Source: an uncultured bacterium
Lineage (GTDB): Bacteria > Patescibacteriota > Minisyncoccia > Phycocordibacterales > UBA9973
Direction of reading: 5' to 3'
DNA length: 45,132 nucleotides
Assembly (NCBI GenBank): GCA_903834665.1
Contig: CAILJY010000070.1
Span: forward strand, 1-45,132
Below, in pieces: positions 1-9,123 of the stretch. The notes beneath the pieces are model-generated. The model did not search any database. It was not told the origin of the DNA and worked only from the letters and a program-made list of their open reading frames with translations. The translations under genes and the position numbers were made by a program. Each line of letters starts with the position of its first letter. The stretch's first letter is position 1.

Positions 1-1044
1 AATAAGAGGAGCTAAAATGTAAGCAACTGGCATCATATCTCGGAAGACACTAAGTAGATAAGCTTCTTCTTCTTTAATATGAGTAAAGAAATAAATTTCT
101 GAGGTCGTTTCTATAATGCTTGCTCCAACTCTTGTCATAAATAAAACAATTGCCCATGTTAATACATTTTTTGTTGTTATCCCGGCAATTAAAAATGTTG
201 AAATACTTATAATAATAAAACCAATATACAAGAGTGTTCTTTTTTTTACATGGTATTTATCAATCAATATTCCAATAGGAAGACCGAAAATAACAAAAGG
301 TGAGAGCATTATAGTAAAAATAATTCCAATTTGCATCCAACCTAAGCCAATATGATTATGTAAATATATTGGAGTGTAAACAACCATCCAAGCAAAAAAG
401 AATTGAAGAATAAAGTTAATTATTGTAATCGCCAGCATGTGGTGGTTTTTTTTCAAAAATCTATAAGTCTCCATAAATGGAGTCTTTTTGTAAGTTTTAT
501 CTTTAAACGTTTTGACTGAAAAAAATAATCCAATTGTCATTATGATAGTTGCAATAAAAGCCAATATATAAATTGCTTTGTATCCACCTTCTTTGGTAAT
601 AAGAAAAGAAGCAATAAGAGGGGAAGCCATCCAAGCTAAATTTATAATTGTCAGATAAAGACCTCGGGTTTTGCCGACAGTTTTTTCATCTCCAAAATGT
701 TCAATAAAGATATCAATACACATAAGTATTTGAATATTTGTTGAAGTAAAAGCAACAAAAGCTGATCCAATCAAATATGGATTACGCGAAGTTATCATTA
801 CCACTAATGACAGCATATTAATAAGCAGTAACCATAAAGTTAATCTTCTATTTCCAAAGTATTGTAAAATATTAGCACTTTTTGAAAGAAGGAATAATGT
901 TGCTAATGAAGAAAGAGTAAAAAGTATTCCAACATATTTTTCTGAAATTATTTCAGATAAAAAAGTTGAATTAATATAAGCAGATAATGCAATATGTAGT
1001 GTGAACAAGAATGACAAAACATACATTCGATTTATTTTATTCAT
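1..1044 (-). CDS. MFS transporter (partial, runs off window start)
   Basis: Not in the ORF track. Manual translation from ATG 1044 gives MNKINRMYVLSFLFTLHIALSAYINSTF... with many TM helices and MFS-like loops (QYFGNRR, GILIDKYHVKKR); the frame stays open to position 1. Confidence 0.85.
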   Translation of the reverse strand, partial: MNKINRMYVLSFLFTLHIALSAYINSTFLSEIISEKYVGILFTLSSLATLFLLSKSANILQYFGNRRLTLWLLLINMLSLVVMITSRNPYLIGSAFVAFTSTNIQILMCIDIFIEHFGDEKTVGKTRGLYLTIINLAWMASPLIASFLITKEGGYKAIYILAFIATIIMTIGLFFSVKTFKDKTYKKTPFMETYRFLKKNHHMLAITIINFILQFFFAWMVVYTPIYLHNHIGLGWMQIGIIFTIMLSPFVIFGLPIGILIDKYHVKKRTLLYIGFIIISISTFLIAGITTKNVLTWAIVLFMTRVGASIIETTSEIYFFTHIKEEEAYLLSVFRDMMPVAYILAPLI

Positions 1045-1056
1045 TTCTATATTTTT

Positions 1057-3057
1057 TTAAATACTTAATAATACTGGTATAACGAGAGGCCTTTTAGCAG
1101 TCTTTTGAAACAAAAACTTTGATATGTTGTCTCCCAGTGATGTTTTTATTATATCAAAATTAACAGGATTCATCCCTACCATTTCATCTTCTATTGTTTT
1201 TTTGATAATTAAACGAACTTGATGAAGTAACTCTTGATTTTCTTTTAGATAAATAAAACCTCGAGATATTATATCAGGGGACTTTCTTAGTTTGCCGGAG
1301 GTAGAATCAATCGTTGCAATTAGAACAAACATTCCATCTTGAGCAAGCATTACTCTATCTCTAATTACAACATTTTGTTCATCTCCAACAGAAAATCCAT
1401 CAACCATCATTGGGCCTGAGGGGGCTTTTTCTTTGCGAAGAATGATTTTATCTCCATTATCAACAATTTCTATAATTGAACCATTATCTGGAACAATAAT
1501 ATTATCAGAAGACATACCAATAGACATAGCAACTTCTTTATGTTTTACAAGCATTGAATGCCATCCATGGATTGGAATAAAAAATTTAGGATGTGTTTTT
1601 CTATGGAGCCATTTGATATCTTCTTGGTTGCCGTGTCCTGTCGCATGAATATATTCTTCACTTGTTCGGTAACTTATAATACGGACACCATGACGAGATA
1701 AATTATCTTTAAGATGTTGAACAGCAATTTCATTTCCTGGGACAATTGAAGAAGAAAGTATTATCGTATCTCCTTTACGAATCGTAAATTTTTTATGAGT
1801 TTTATTTGCGGCACGACCAAGTGCGGCGAATTCTTCTCCTTGAGCTCCAGTCATCATAATAAGAACTTTATTAGGAGGATATTTATCAACATCTTCAACC
1901 GGGATAATTGTTCCTTTTTTAGGGGTAAAAATTCCGGCTAATTCACATACTTCCATGTTTGTTTTTAGAGATCTACCATCAAGAACAACTTTTTTACCTA
2001 AAGATTCAGCTATTTCAACAATCTTCATTAGGCGTGTAATTGACGAAGCAAAAGCTGAAATAATTATACGCCCTGTCCCTTGTCTTATAACTTTATCTAG
2101 TCCTTCATGAACTCTTGATTCAGGTAAAGAGAAACCCTCATTTTCTATGTTTGTTGAATCTGTTAAAAGTAATAAAACTTTTTCTTTGTCAAAAAAAGCG
2201 TATTCTTTTTCTTCTTCATCAGAAACTACTCCATCTATTTGATCTAATTTGTAATCCCCAGGTGTTACAATTGAACCATATGGAGTCTCTATTACAATTC
2301 CCATTGAATCAGGCATTGTGTGTGTTACGCCAAAAAAACGAACACGTAAATTTCCGACTTGAATAACAGAATTTTTCTCAACAATATTTACATCAAGTGC
2401 AGGTAAATGAGGAAATTCTTCTTGTCTCTTTTTCATTACCAAGATTGAAAGATTTCTAGAATATAATGGGGGATTGCCGATACGACTCATTACCAAAGGT
2501 ATTCCTCCTATGTGATCCAAGTGTCCGTGAGTTACAAGCATTGCTCTTATTTTATCTTTTCTTTCTTCTAAATACGTAGTATTAGGAATAATATAATCAA
2601 TACCTGGAGTATCTTCAGTCTTAAATTGCATTCCGGCATCAATAACAATAATGTCATCACCAATTTCAACAGCGGTCATGTTTTTACCTATTTCCTCAAC
2701 TCCTCCTAATGGGATTATCCTTATAACACCTTTTTCTGGGGGAGGGATTGGATTTTTTTTATTTTTATCAGATATAATTTTATTTTTGTTTGATTGTTCA
2801 TCCCTTTTAGGTCTTTGGTGAATTTTTGAATTATTATATTGATAACTACTTTTGATTATTTTTTTATTAGAGATAGGAGAATTGACCTTAACGCTTGAAT
2901 AAGCATTTTGTTTTATTGGATTTGTAATATTTGTAGCCGTCTTGATAGAAGGGGTTTGGGGTTTATGTAATACTCTTATATTACCTTGTTTTCGATAACT
3001 AAAATTCATACCACTTTTTGATTTAGGGTCATTTGTTTTTTTCGGTGTTTCATTCAT
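1057..3057 (-). CDS. rnj: Ribonuclease J with long basic N-terminal extension
   Basis: PLGGVEEIGKN, THGHLDHIGG metallo-beta-lactamase motif, HATGHG, PDIISRGFIY. Confidence 0.95.
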   Translation of the reverse strand: MNETPKKTNDPKSKSGMNFSYRKQGNIRVLHKPQTPSIKTATNITNPIKQNAYSSVKVNSPISNKKIIKSSYQYNNSKIHQRPKRDEQSNKNKIISDKNKKNPIPPPEKGVIRIIPLGGVEEIGKNMTAVEIGDDIIVIDAGMQFKTEDTPGIDYIIPNTTYLEERKDKIRAMLVTHGHLDHIGGIPLVMSRIGNPPLYSRNLSILVMKKRQEEFPHLPALDVNIVEKNSVIQVGNLRVRFFGVTHTMPDSMGIVIETPYGSIVTPGDYKLDQIDGVVSDEEEKEYAFFDKEKVLLLLTDSTNIENEGFSLPESRVHEGLDKVIRQGTGRIIISAFASSITRLMKIVEIAESLGKKVVLDGRSLKTNMEVCELAGIFTPKKGTIIPVEDVDKYPPNKVLIMMTGAQGEEFAALGRAANKTHKKFTIRKGDTIILSSSIVPGNEIAVQHLKDNLSRHGVRIISYRTSEEYIHATGHGNQEDIKWLHRKTHPKFFIPIHGWHSMLVKHKEVAMSIGMSSDNIIVPDNGSIIEIVDNGDKIILRKEKAPSGPMMVDGFSVGDEQNVVIRDRVMLAQDGMFVLIATIDSTSGKLRKSPDIISRGFIYLKENQELLHQVRLIIKKTIEDEMVGMNPVNFDIIKTSLGDNISKFLFQKTAKRPLVIPVLLSI

Positions 3058-3071
3058 ATTTTATTTATTTA

Positions 3072-4877
3072 TTATTTGTTAAAAATTTTCCAAACTCTAT
3101 CTGTATCGGCTGACCATTCATAAACTAAAGAGAATCGATCTGCGGGCACAGTTATATTTGTAAATGTTGTGTTATTAAGTCGAGGGGATGTGGCATATAA
3201 ATACTCAGGAGAATATATTAATATTGCTGGTATATTTATATTAAATTCTTCTTTTAGGCTTTTATATTTATCCACTCGGTTTTCTATTTCTAATGTTTTT
3301 TGGATAGATTCAAGAAGGGTATCTACTTTTTTATTATTATACATTGCAATATTTAATCCAGGATCAGTTTTTTGAGATGAATGCCAGTATGAATACAAAT
3401 CTGACTCATGGTTGACAACTTGTCCAAATAATAAGGCTTCATAATCACGAGATCTTATTTGTTGATTTAATTGTCCTGTTTCATAAACCTTTTTTGTATC
3501 AACTTCGAAACCAATTTTTTCTAATTGATTTTTAACTAATTGAGTAGCTTCTTTCAATTCAGGGGTATCACCAGTAATTAAAGAAAAAGAAAGTCTCATG
3601 ATTGGAGTATTACTTTTGACTTGGACAGTCTCTGTAACTGTTTTCTTGCCGACTTTTTTTGTGATAGTTTTTGTAGTCGTACCTCCTTTTGTTCGTATAC
3701 CGTCTTCACCCTTTATCCAGCCTGCTTTTTCTAAAATAAGATTAGCCTCATCAATCTTTGCTTCATGAAAGGTTAGGTCATTTTCATGACCAGCAATCTT
3801 CTGGGGGATTGGATCATGTATGATAGATCCATATCCATATAGGACCTCATTAACAATAATTTGTCTATCAATAGCAATATTGAAAGCTTTAATCACGTTT
3901 TGGTCTGCAAAGATTTTATTATTATTACTATTAAAAAAGATTCCAAAAACACGAGGAAGAGTAGCTGTGTGGATTTTGTAGTTCTCTTTTTCTATATTTT
4001 TTATATTTTCAGGACTAACACCACCTGCTTGGTCTACATCATGATTGGTCAAAGCTTTTATTAGATCTTTTTCATTGGCGTATGAAATTATATTTATATT
4101 TTTTATTAATGGTTTACCTAGGCTAAAATTATTAAAACGTTCAAGTTTATAGATTTCTGGGATACCATCTTTATTTTTGGTAATAGAATTTATTTTATAT
4201 GGCCCTGAACCTATTGCTTTTGTATTGATAGGGGATAAATTAAATTCATTAGCACTTATGTTTTTCCAAATACTAGAAGGAAGAATCCCTATAGTGGTAT
4301 TATCCAAAAAAGATATATATGGTTTAGCAAGAGTAAAAACAATCGTATAATCGTCTTTTTTACTAACGTTGACTCCATCCCATCCCATTTTACGGGGACT
4401 TTTAATTAGAGGATCTTTAATTTTTTCTATTGTAAAAATAACATCATCTGCTGTAACTTTTTTACCATTGTGAAATTCAGCGTCTTTCCTTAAAATAAAA
4501 GTATAATTTATTCCATCTGGTGAAATTGTAAATGATTCTGCTAGATCAGGGATAAAATTACCTTCATTATCTTTTCTCATTAATCCTGAAAAGACTAGAG
4601 AGGTTAGATCTTTATCAGCATCTGAAATTGCAATAACAGGGTTTACTAAAGTAGGAGTACCGACGATTCCTTCAGTTATTTCTCCTCCACTTACAGGGAT
4701 ATCTACCATAAACATGGAATTTATTTGACTTAAAAGTATAACGACTGATATGATCGCAACAGATAAGATTGAAACAAAAAAAGTAAACTGTTTCTTTGAA
4801 AAAGAAGCGACAGCATTTAATAGTTCTTGTTTTTTATAAGTATGTAATTCTTTAATAAAGAGAATAATTTTATGCAT
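3072..4877 (-). CDS. ABC transporter substrate-binding protein, family 5 (peptide/nickel), membrane-anchored
   Basis: PDLAESF..S.DG..YTF.LR..A.FHNG..VTADDV.FT and IGSGPY motifs; N-terminal TM helix. Confidence 0.88.
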   Translation of the reverse strand: MHKIILFIKELHTYKKQELLNAVASFSKKQFTFFVSILSVAIISVVILLSQINSMFMVDIPVSGGEITEGIVGTPTLVNPVIAISDADKDLTSLVFSGLMRKDNEGNFIPDLAESFTISPDGINYTFILRKDAEFHNGKKVTADDVIFTIEKIKDPLIKSPRKMGWDGVNVSKKDDYTIVFTLAKPYISFLDNTTIGILPSSIWKNISANEFNLSPINTKAIGSGPYKINSITKNKDGIPEIYKLERFNNFSLGKPLIKNINIISYANEKDLIKALTNHDVDQAGGVSPENIKNIEKENYKIHTATLPRVFGIFFNSNNNKIFADQNVIKAFNIAIDRQIIVNEVLYGYGSIIHDPIPQKIAGHENDLTFHEAKIDEANLILEKAGWIKGEDGIRTKGGTTTKTITKKVGKKTVTETVQVKSNTPIMRLSFSLITGDTPELKEATQLVKNQLEKIGFEVDTKKVYETGQLNQQIRSRDYEALLFGQVVNHESDLYSYWHSSQKTDPGLNIAMYNNKKVDTLLESIQKTLEIENRVDKYKSLKEEFNINIPAILIYSPEYLYATSPRLNNTTFTNITVPADRFSLVYEWSADTDRVWKIFNK

Positions 4878-4916
4878 AAAAACCCTAGTTTAGATAGTTG
4901 AATTAAATATCTTTAA

Positions 4917-5150
4917 CTATTTTACGAATATAGCGATAAACGAAGATGCTACAAAAAGAATACCTATAACAATAGTGAGATAAAAGAGGAACTTCTCGAA
5001 ACCACGACGTGTACTATAAAGTCCACCACCGTCTCCTCCTCCTAATGCTCCTCCAACTCCTGCACTTGATTGCTGAAGTAGAATTGCGACTATTAAGATA
5101 ATAGATAATATAATCTGTATATAAGGTAACATTTTAGCGATAATCGTCAT
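4917..5150 (-). CDS. secG: Preprotein translocase subunit SecG
   Basis: Two TM helices flanking ILLQQ...G.GGALGG; RRGFEKFL. Confidence 0.9.
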   Translation of the reverse strand: MTIIAKMLPYIQIILSIILIVAILLQQSSAGVGGALGGGDGGGLYSTRRGFEKFLFYLTIVIGILFVASSFIAIFVK

Positions 5151-5203
5151 ATTTTTCTACTATACTATATTTTATGGTAATAAGCAAATTAAATTTGTCT
5201 ATT

Positions 5204-6073
5204 TTAGTCATTTGGCTCAACGTGAATCAGTATATTTGATAACTCTGGAATTTCTTGATTTAATCTATTTTTTAACTTATGAGATATGTCATGGCCTTCT
5301 TTTACTGATATTTTGGCATCTACCGTGATATGTAAATCAGCATGAAATTGCATCCCAGTTTTTCTAATAAAACATTTTTCTGTATCAATTACACCTTCTA
5401 CTTTTTTTGAAATATCTCTTATATTAGCAATAATTTCATCGTGTGTGTGTTCATCCATTATCTCACCTAATGCTGGTCTAAATATTAAATAACAATTGTA
5501 AAGTATAAATAATGACGCAAACAATGCTGCTATATCATCAGCTTTTTCAAAACCCTTACCCAAAATCAGAGCAACTGTTATTCCAATGAATGCCGCTACT
5601 GAAGTTATTGCATCACTTCTATGATGCCAAGCATCGGCTTTTAGAGAAGTACTTTTGGTCTCTTTGCTTTTTTTAACGACTAATCTATATGAAATTTCTT
5701 TCCAAATAATAATTCCAGCTAGAATAAAAAGAGTATATGTTTTGGGCATTTCATGTGGAGTCCCTATATTTATTATTGCTTGACGCGCAATAATACTTGC
5801 AGAAACTATTAGGGAGCCAACAACAAGAAATGTGACAAGTGGTTCTATTCTTCCATGTCCATAGGGGTGATTTTTATCTGCGGGCTTTGATGAATATTTG
5901 ATTCCAAATAAAACTAAAATAGAAGAGAAAATATCAGTAGTAGATTCTATTGCATCAGCGATTAAAGCATATGAATTTCCAAAAACTCCAGCGGTCCATT
6001 TTATAGCTGCGAGTAGGGCATTGCTTAAAATACTAAAATAAATAGTTTTAACAGCTGTTGTTTGATGAGACAT
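5204..6073 (-). CDS. Cation diffusion facilitator (FieF-like) transporter
   Basis: SYALIADAIES, HPYGHGRIE, ADAWHHRSD, C-terminal IHVEP. Confidence 0.92.
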   Translation of the reverse strand: MSHQTTAVKTIYFSILSNALLAAIKWTAGVFGNSYALIADAIESTTDIFSSILVLFGIKYSSKPADKNHPYGHGRIEPLVTFLVVGSLIVSASIIARQAIINIGTPHEMPKTYTLFILAGIIIWKEISYRLVVKKSKETKSTSLKADAWHHRSDAITSVAAFIGITVALILGKGFEKADDIAALFASLFILYNCYLIFRPALGEIMDEHTHDEIIANIRDISKKVEGVIDTEKCFIRKTGMQFHADLHITVDAKISVKEGHDISHKLKNRLNQEIPELSNILIHVEPND

Positions 6074-6133
6074 ATAATAAGGATATAAAAATTGGGAGGG
6101 TTTGGCAAATTTTTGGAAATATAAATTAGGATT

Positions 6134-6348
6134 TAGTCACAAATATTTTTCTGTTGAAAAATCTTGTGATCCTGACTCAGTCAAGAAGAGGACTAGAACC
6201 TTACAGGTTCAGTATACCTTTCATATTTTTGAAAATATTAATTTTCAAAAATGTATTCAAGGTTTTCAAGATCCTCTCCCGCAAGCCAAGTAGTTGGCTT
6301 GCTCTGGGCACCATATAAAAAAACTATCTTAAAGATAGTTTTTTTATA
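6134..6348 (-). repeat. tRNA-3'-associated structured element (tRNA-Leu copy)
   Basis: Perfect 27-bp inverted repeat 6304-6330/6332-6358 overlapping the tRNA acceptor end. Degenerate direct and inverted copies of the Leu T-arm. Shared block CCTTACAGGTTCAGTATACCTT is also found at tRNA-Tyr and tRNA-Gln. Confidence 0.8.
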
Positions 6349-6433
6349 TGGTGCCCAGGAGAGGACTTGAACCTCCAAGGATTGCTCCACTAGTTCCTAA
6401 GACTAGCGCGTATACCAATTCCGCCACCTGGGC
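6349..6433 (-). tRNA. tRNA-Leu(TAG), CCA encoded
   Basis: Reverse complement GCCCAGGTGGCGGAATTGGTATACGCG-CTAGT CTTAGGA ACTAG-...GGTTCAAGTCC TCTCCTGGGCACCA; long variable arm. Confidence 0.95.
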
Positions 6434-6476
6434 ATGAAATCATACTAGCAAAAATATATACAAATTGCTACTTTTT

Positions 6477-6503
6477 CCAGATAGCGCCCGAAGCGCTATC
6501 TGG
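6477..6503 (-). terminator. Hairpin downstream of tRNA-Cys
   Basis: CCAGATAGCGC-CCGAA-GCGCTATCTGG perfect 11-bp stem; no U-tract on the minus strand, so the terminator call is weak. Confidence 0.45.
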
Positions 6504-6528
6504 TTGTATTTGGAAGTTTATATCTTTG

Positions 6529-6600
6529 AGGCCTGGGGCGGAATTGAACCGCCGCATAGAGATTTTGCAGATCTCTGCCTTACCACTTGGCTACCAGGCC
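6529..6600 (-). tRNA. tRNA-Cys(GCA)
   Basis: Reverse complement GGCCTGGTAGCCAAGTGGTAAGGCA-GAGAT CTGCAAA ATCTC-...GGTTCAATTCC GCCCCAGGCCT; U discriminator. Confidence 0.95.
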
Positions 6601-6651
6601 TTATTAAATATTGAAATAACTTTTATAAAACGTAAACATATATTAACGATC

Positions 6652-6705
6652 TGCAGATCTCTGTCTATTATTCATTTTGCTCCGCTCATGCCACTTGTTA
6701 CCAGG
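6652..6705 (-). pseudogene. Degenerate duplicate of the 5' half of tRNA-Cys
   Basis: TGCAGATCTCTG (6652-6663) and CCACTTGTTACCAGG (6691-6705) match the tRNA-Cys anticodon arm and D/acceptor region, separated by a ~20-nt insert. Confidence 0.6.
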
Positions 6706-6839
6706 TTGATATTATATTTAACCAGTTGTGCTAGTATATCATAAAATAACTAAATATTAAATGGTCTTATAATATTCTTTATAATATAAGGACATTTTAG
6801 ATATTTGAAAAAGTATTTTTTAAAATCACTAAAAAATAC

Positions 6840-6868
6840 TTGACAAATTATCTTATAGGTGCTATACT
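6840..6868 (+). promoter_or_regulatory. Sigma70-type promoter, with a 12-bp inverted repeat abutting the -35 box
   Basis: TTGACA-17 nt-TATACT; inverted repeat AAGTATTTTTTA (6811-6822)/TAAAAAATACTT (6830-6841). Confidence 0.7.
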
Positions 6869-6874
6869 TTAATT

Positions 6875-7240
6875 AAATATGATTGATGCTCTTTGAAGTT
6901 CTCGAACTAATAAGAAAAATCAATAATTATGATTTCTCATCATATGGGCTACGCGCTAATTGAGTAAATCATTTATTGGCTACACATTTGTGGCTAGATT
7001 GGATCTATAGGATTATTTTACATATTTTATGTAATTTGTCTTGAACCTTTGGGTTCAATAATAGTTTAATTATTTATTTTTTTTAATTTAGTATCTTGGT
7101 TATGTATTTTTTAGCCAAGAATAGAGATGTGTTCCTGAAAGGTTTGATAGGCGTAGCATGTCAAATTTATTAAGGTAAAATTGTTTAAAATTTTTTATAG
7201 AATAACCTGCTTTCGTATGATTGCGGGTTTTATTTTTTTT
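6875..7240 (+). ncRNA. Candidate structured ncRNA, family unassigned
   Basis: No long ORF. Consensus promoter upstream, boxA-like TGCTCTTTGAA, long-range stem GCTACGC (6948-6954)/GCGTAGC (7151-7157) enclosing several hairpins, and a terminator-like stem plus T-tract at 7204-7240. Confidence 0.45.
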
Positions 7241-7248
7241 ATTTGAGA

Positions 7249-7575
7249 TTAATTATTCATCAATAACTCGTCAATTTTTTGTCTGTTTTTTTCGCCTTCA
7301 TCTATTTCAACATCGAGGTACGGAATGGGATTTATTTTTAGATTTTTAGAAACATATTTTCTTAATTCTCCTAAATTTCTTTTTATAAATCCATAAGCGG
7401 CTTTTTCTTTTTCTCGTGGTAAAACACTAATCATAATGGTAGATTTTTTACCATCAGGGGACATAAGAACTCTAGTTACAGTTATCATAGAAGTAGGCCC
7501 TGCTTCACGTTCTATAAATATAGCGGCAAGTTCTTTAATATTATTTTTTATTTTTTCATTTCTAAATTCAGACAT
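7249..7575 (-). CDS. rbfA: Ribosome-binding factor A
   Basis: ITVTRV.MSPD.K, P.L....D pattern; directly downstream of infB. Confidence 0.9.
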   Translation of the reverse strand: MSEFRNEKIKNNIKELAAIFIEREAGPTSMITVTRVLMSPDGKKSTIMISVLPREKEKAAYGFIKRNLGELRKYVSKNLKINPIPYLDVEIDEGEKNRQKIDELLMNN

Positions 7576-7585
7576 ATAAATTTAA

Positions 7586-9094
7586 TTATTTAACTACGAT
7601 TATACAAGCCTCAAGTACATCGCCAGGAGCAATATCTATTTTTGATTCTACTTGTATTCCACAATCATTTCCTTCTAGTATTTCTTTGGATTTGATTTTA
7701 TTTGTTTGTAGTTCTACTATTTTTCCATTTCCAATTTCAAAATCTCGACGGATAATACGAACTTTACTTCCGAGTGTTATTTTACCAGTGGTAACTTTCC
7801 CACCTATAACTTGTTTGTCTTTAGTCGCTCCGAATGTTTTAAGAATTTTTATTGAACCGATGACTTCTATTGTTTCTTGTCGAGGTCTGCGTTCTTCTTT
7901 TATTTCTTTGAGCCAGTCTGTAAGTTTATATATTATTTCAAAAGTTTCAACTTTAACTTTTAAAGAATCATTCATATCTCTTGCTCCATTGTCTAGTTTG
8001 GTATTGAAGCCGACAATGACACTTTCTTTATTGATACTTCCCATTTTTAGGTCAGATTCATTTATCGCTCCAACCCCACTACTGATTATTTTAAATGAGA
8101 TCTCCTCATTATTTAATTTATTAATTTCTTTTTCTATGGCTTCAATAGAACCCATAACATCAGTCTTGATTACAATTGGAATTATTTTACCAGTTTGAGA
8201 CACTTTATCCTCTGTAGTTTTATTATTTAAAATTTCATTCTTTATATTATTAACATAATTTTCTGCTTCTTTTTTAGTTTTGAAAGATTGAAAAATATTT
8301 CCAACATCTGGCATAGATTCAAAACCAACAAGTCGAATAGGGGAGGAAAAAGTAGCTTCTTTGATTGGTAGTCCTTTAAAATTTTCCAATATACGAGTAG
8401 TGACTATTGCTTGTCCTGTAGCTACAAACATTCCTGCCTTTAATGTTCCATCTTTGATAACACAAGTAGCCGAAATCCCACGTTTTGGGTCACGTTTTGC
8501 TTCTATTATTACTCCAGTAGCATTTAAAGATGAATCTCCTTTAAATTCTTGTAAATCAGCTACGAGAATAATCATATCTAAAAGTTCTTCTACTCCAGCT
8601 CCTGTTTTAGATGAAATATTAACAAAAGGGATATCTCCACCTTGTCCTTCGAGGTAGATCCCTTTTTCTGCTAGATCCATTTTAGTTTTTTCTATATTAG
8701 CATTTGGTTTGTCTATTTTATTTATTGCCACAATATATGGAACTTTATTTTCGATAATTGTTTTATATGCTTCCAATGTTTGAGCTTTGACGCCATCTTC
8801 AGATGAAACAACAAGGATTGCAATATCGGCAGCTTCTGCCCCACGTGTTCTCATTTTAGAAAATGCTTCATGTCCTGGGGTATCTAAAAATGTGATAAGT
8901 CGGTTATTGCCATTCTCATCTTTTTTTACAACTTCATAAGCACTTATGTGTTGAGTTATTCCTCCAGCTTCACTCTCTACAATGTTTGATTTTCTTATAT
9001 AATCAAGAAGAGTTGATTTGCCATGGTCAACATGCCCCATAACAACTACTACGGGCGGACGAATTTTTTCATTTTTTTGTATTTTTTCTTGCAT
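7586..9094 (-). CDS. infB: Translation initiation factor IF-2 (short, no N-terminal domain)
   Basis: RPPVVVVMGHVDHGKSTLLD, EAGGITQHI, DTPGHEAF, NKID. Confidence 0.97.
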   Translation of the reverse strand: MQEKIQKNEKIRPPVVVVMGHVDHGKSTLLDYIRKSNIVESEAGGITQHISAYEVVKKDENGNNRLITFLDTPGHEAFSKMRTRGAEAADIAILVVSSEDGVKAQTLEAYKTIIENKVPYIVAINKIDKPNANIEKTKMDLAEKGIYLEGQGGDIPFVNISSKTGAGVEELLDMIILVADLQEFKGDSSLNATGVIIEAKRDPKRGISATCVIKDGTLKAGMFVATGQAIVTTRILENFKGLPIKEATFSSPIRLVGFESMPDVGNIFQSFKTKKEAENYVNNIKNEILNNKTTEDKVSQTGKIIPIVIKTDVMGSIEAIEKEINKLNNEEISFKIISSGVGAINESDLKMGSINKESVIVGFNTKLDNGARDMNDSLKVKVETFEIIYKLTDWLKEIKEERRPRQETIEVIGSIKILKTFGATKDKQVIGGKVTTGKITLGSKVRIIRRDFEIGNGKIVELQTNKIKSKEILEGNDCGIQVESKIDIAPGDVLEACIIVVK

Positions 9095-9123
9095 ATAATT
9101 GATTGAGATCGAAATGATAATAA

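Noticed and set aside
6102..6744. ORFs 6102..6293 and 6526..6744
   Set aside because: TTG-start frames running through the tRNA trailer and antisense to tRNA-Cys.
7686..8657. Long antisense ORFs within infB (likewise within clpB, topA, relA, rmuC and others)
   Set aside because: Shadow ORFs on the opposite strand of well-supported genes.
7586..9094. Truncated IF2 (and short RelA, DnaX, ObgE) as pseudogenes
   Set aside because: Catalytic motifs are intact, and short forms are expected in streamlined CPR genomes.
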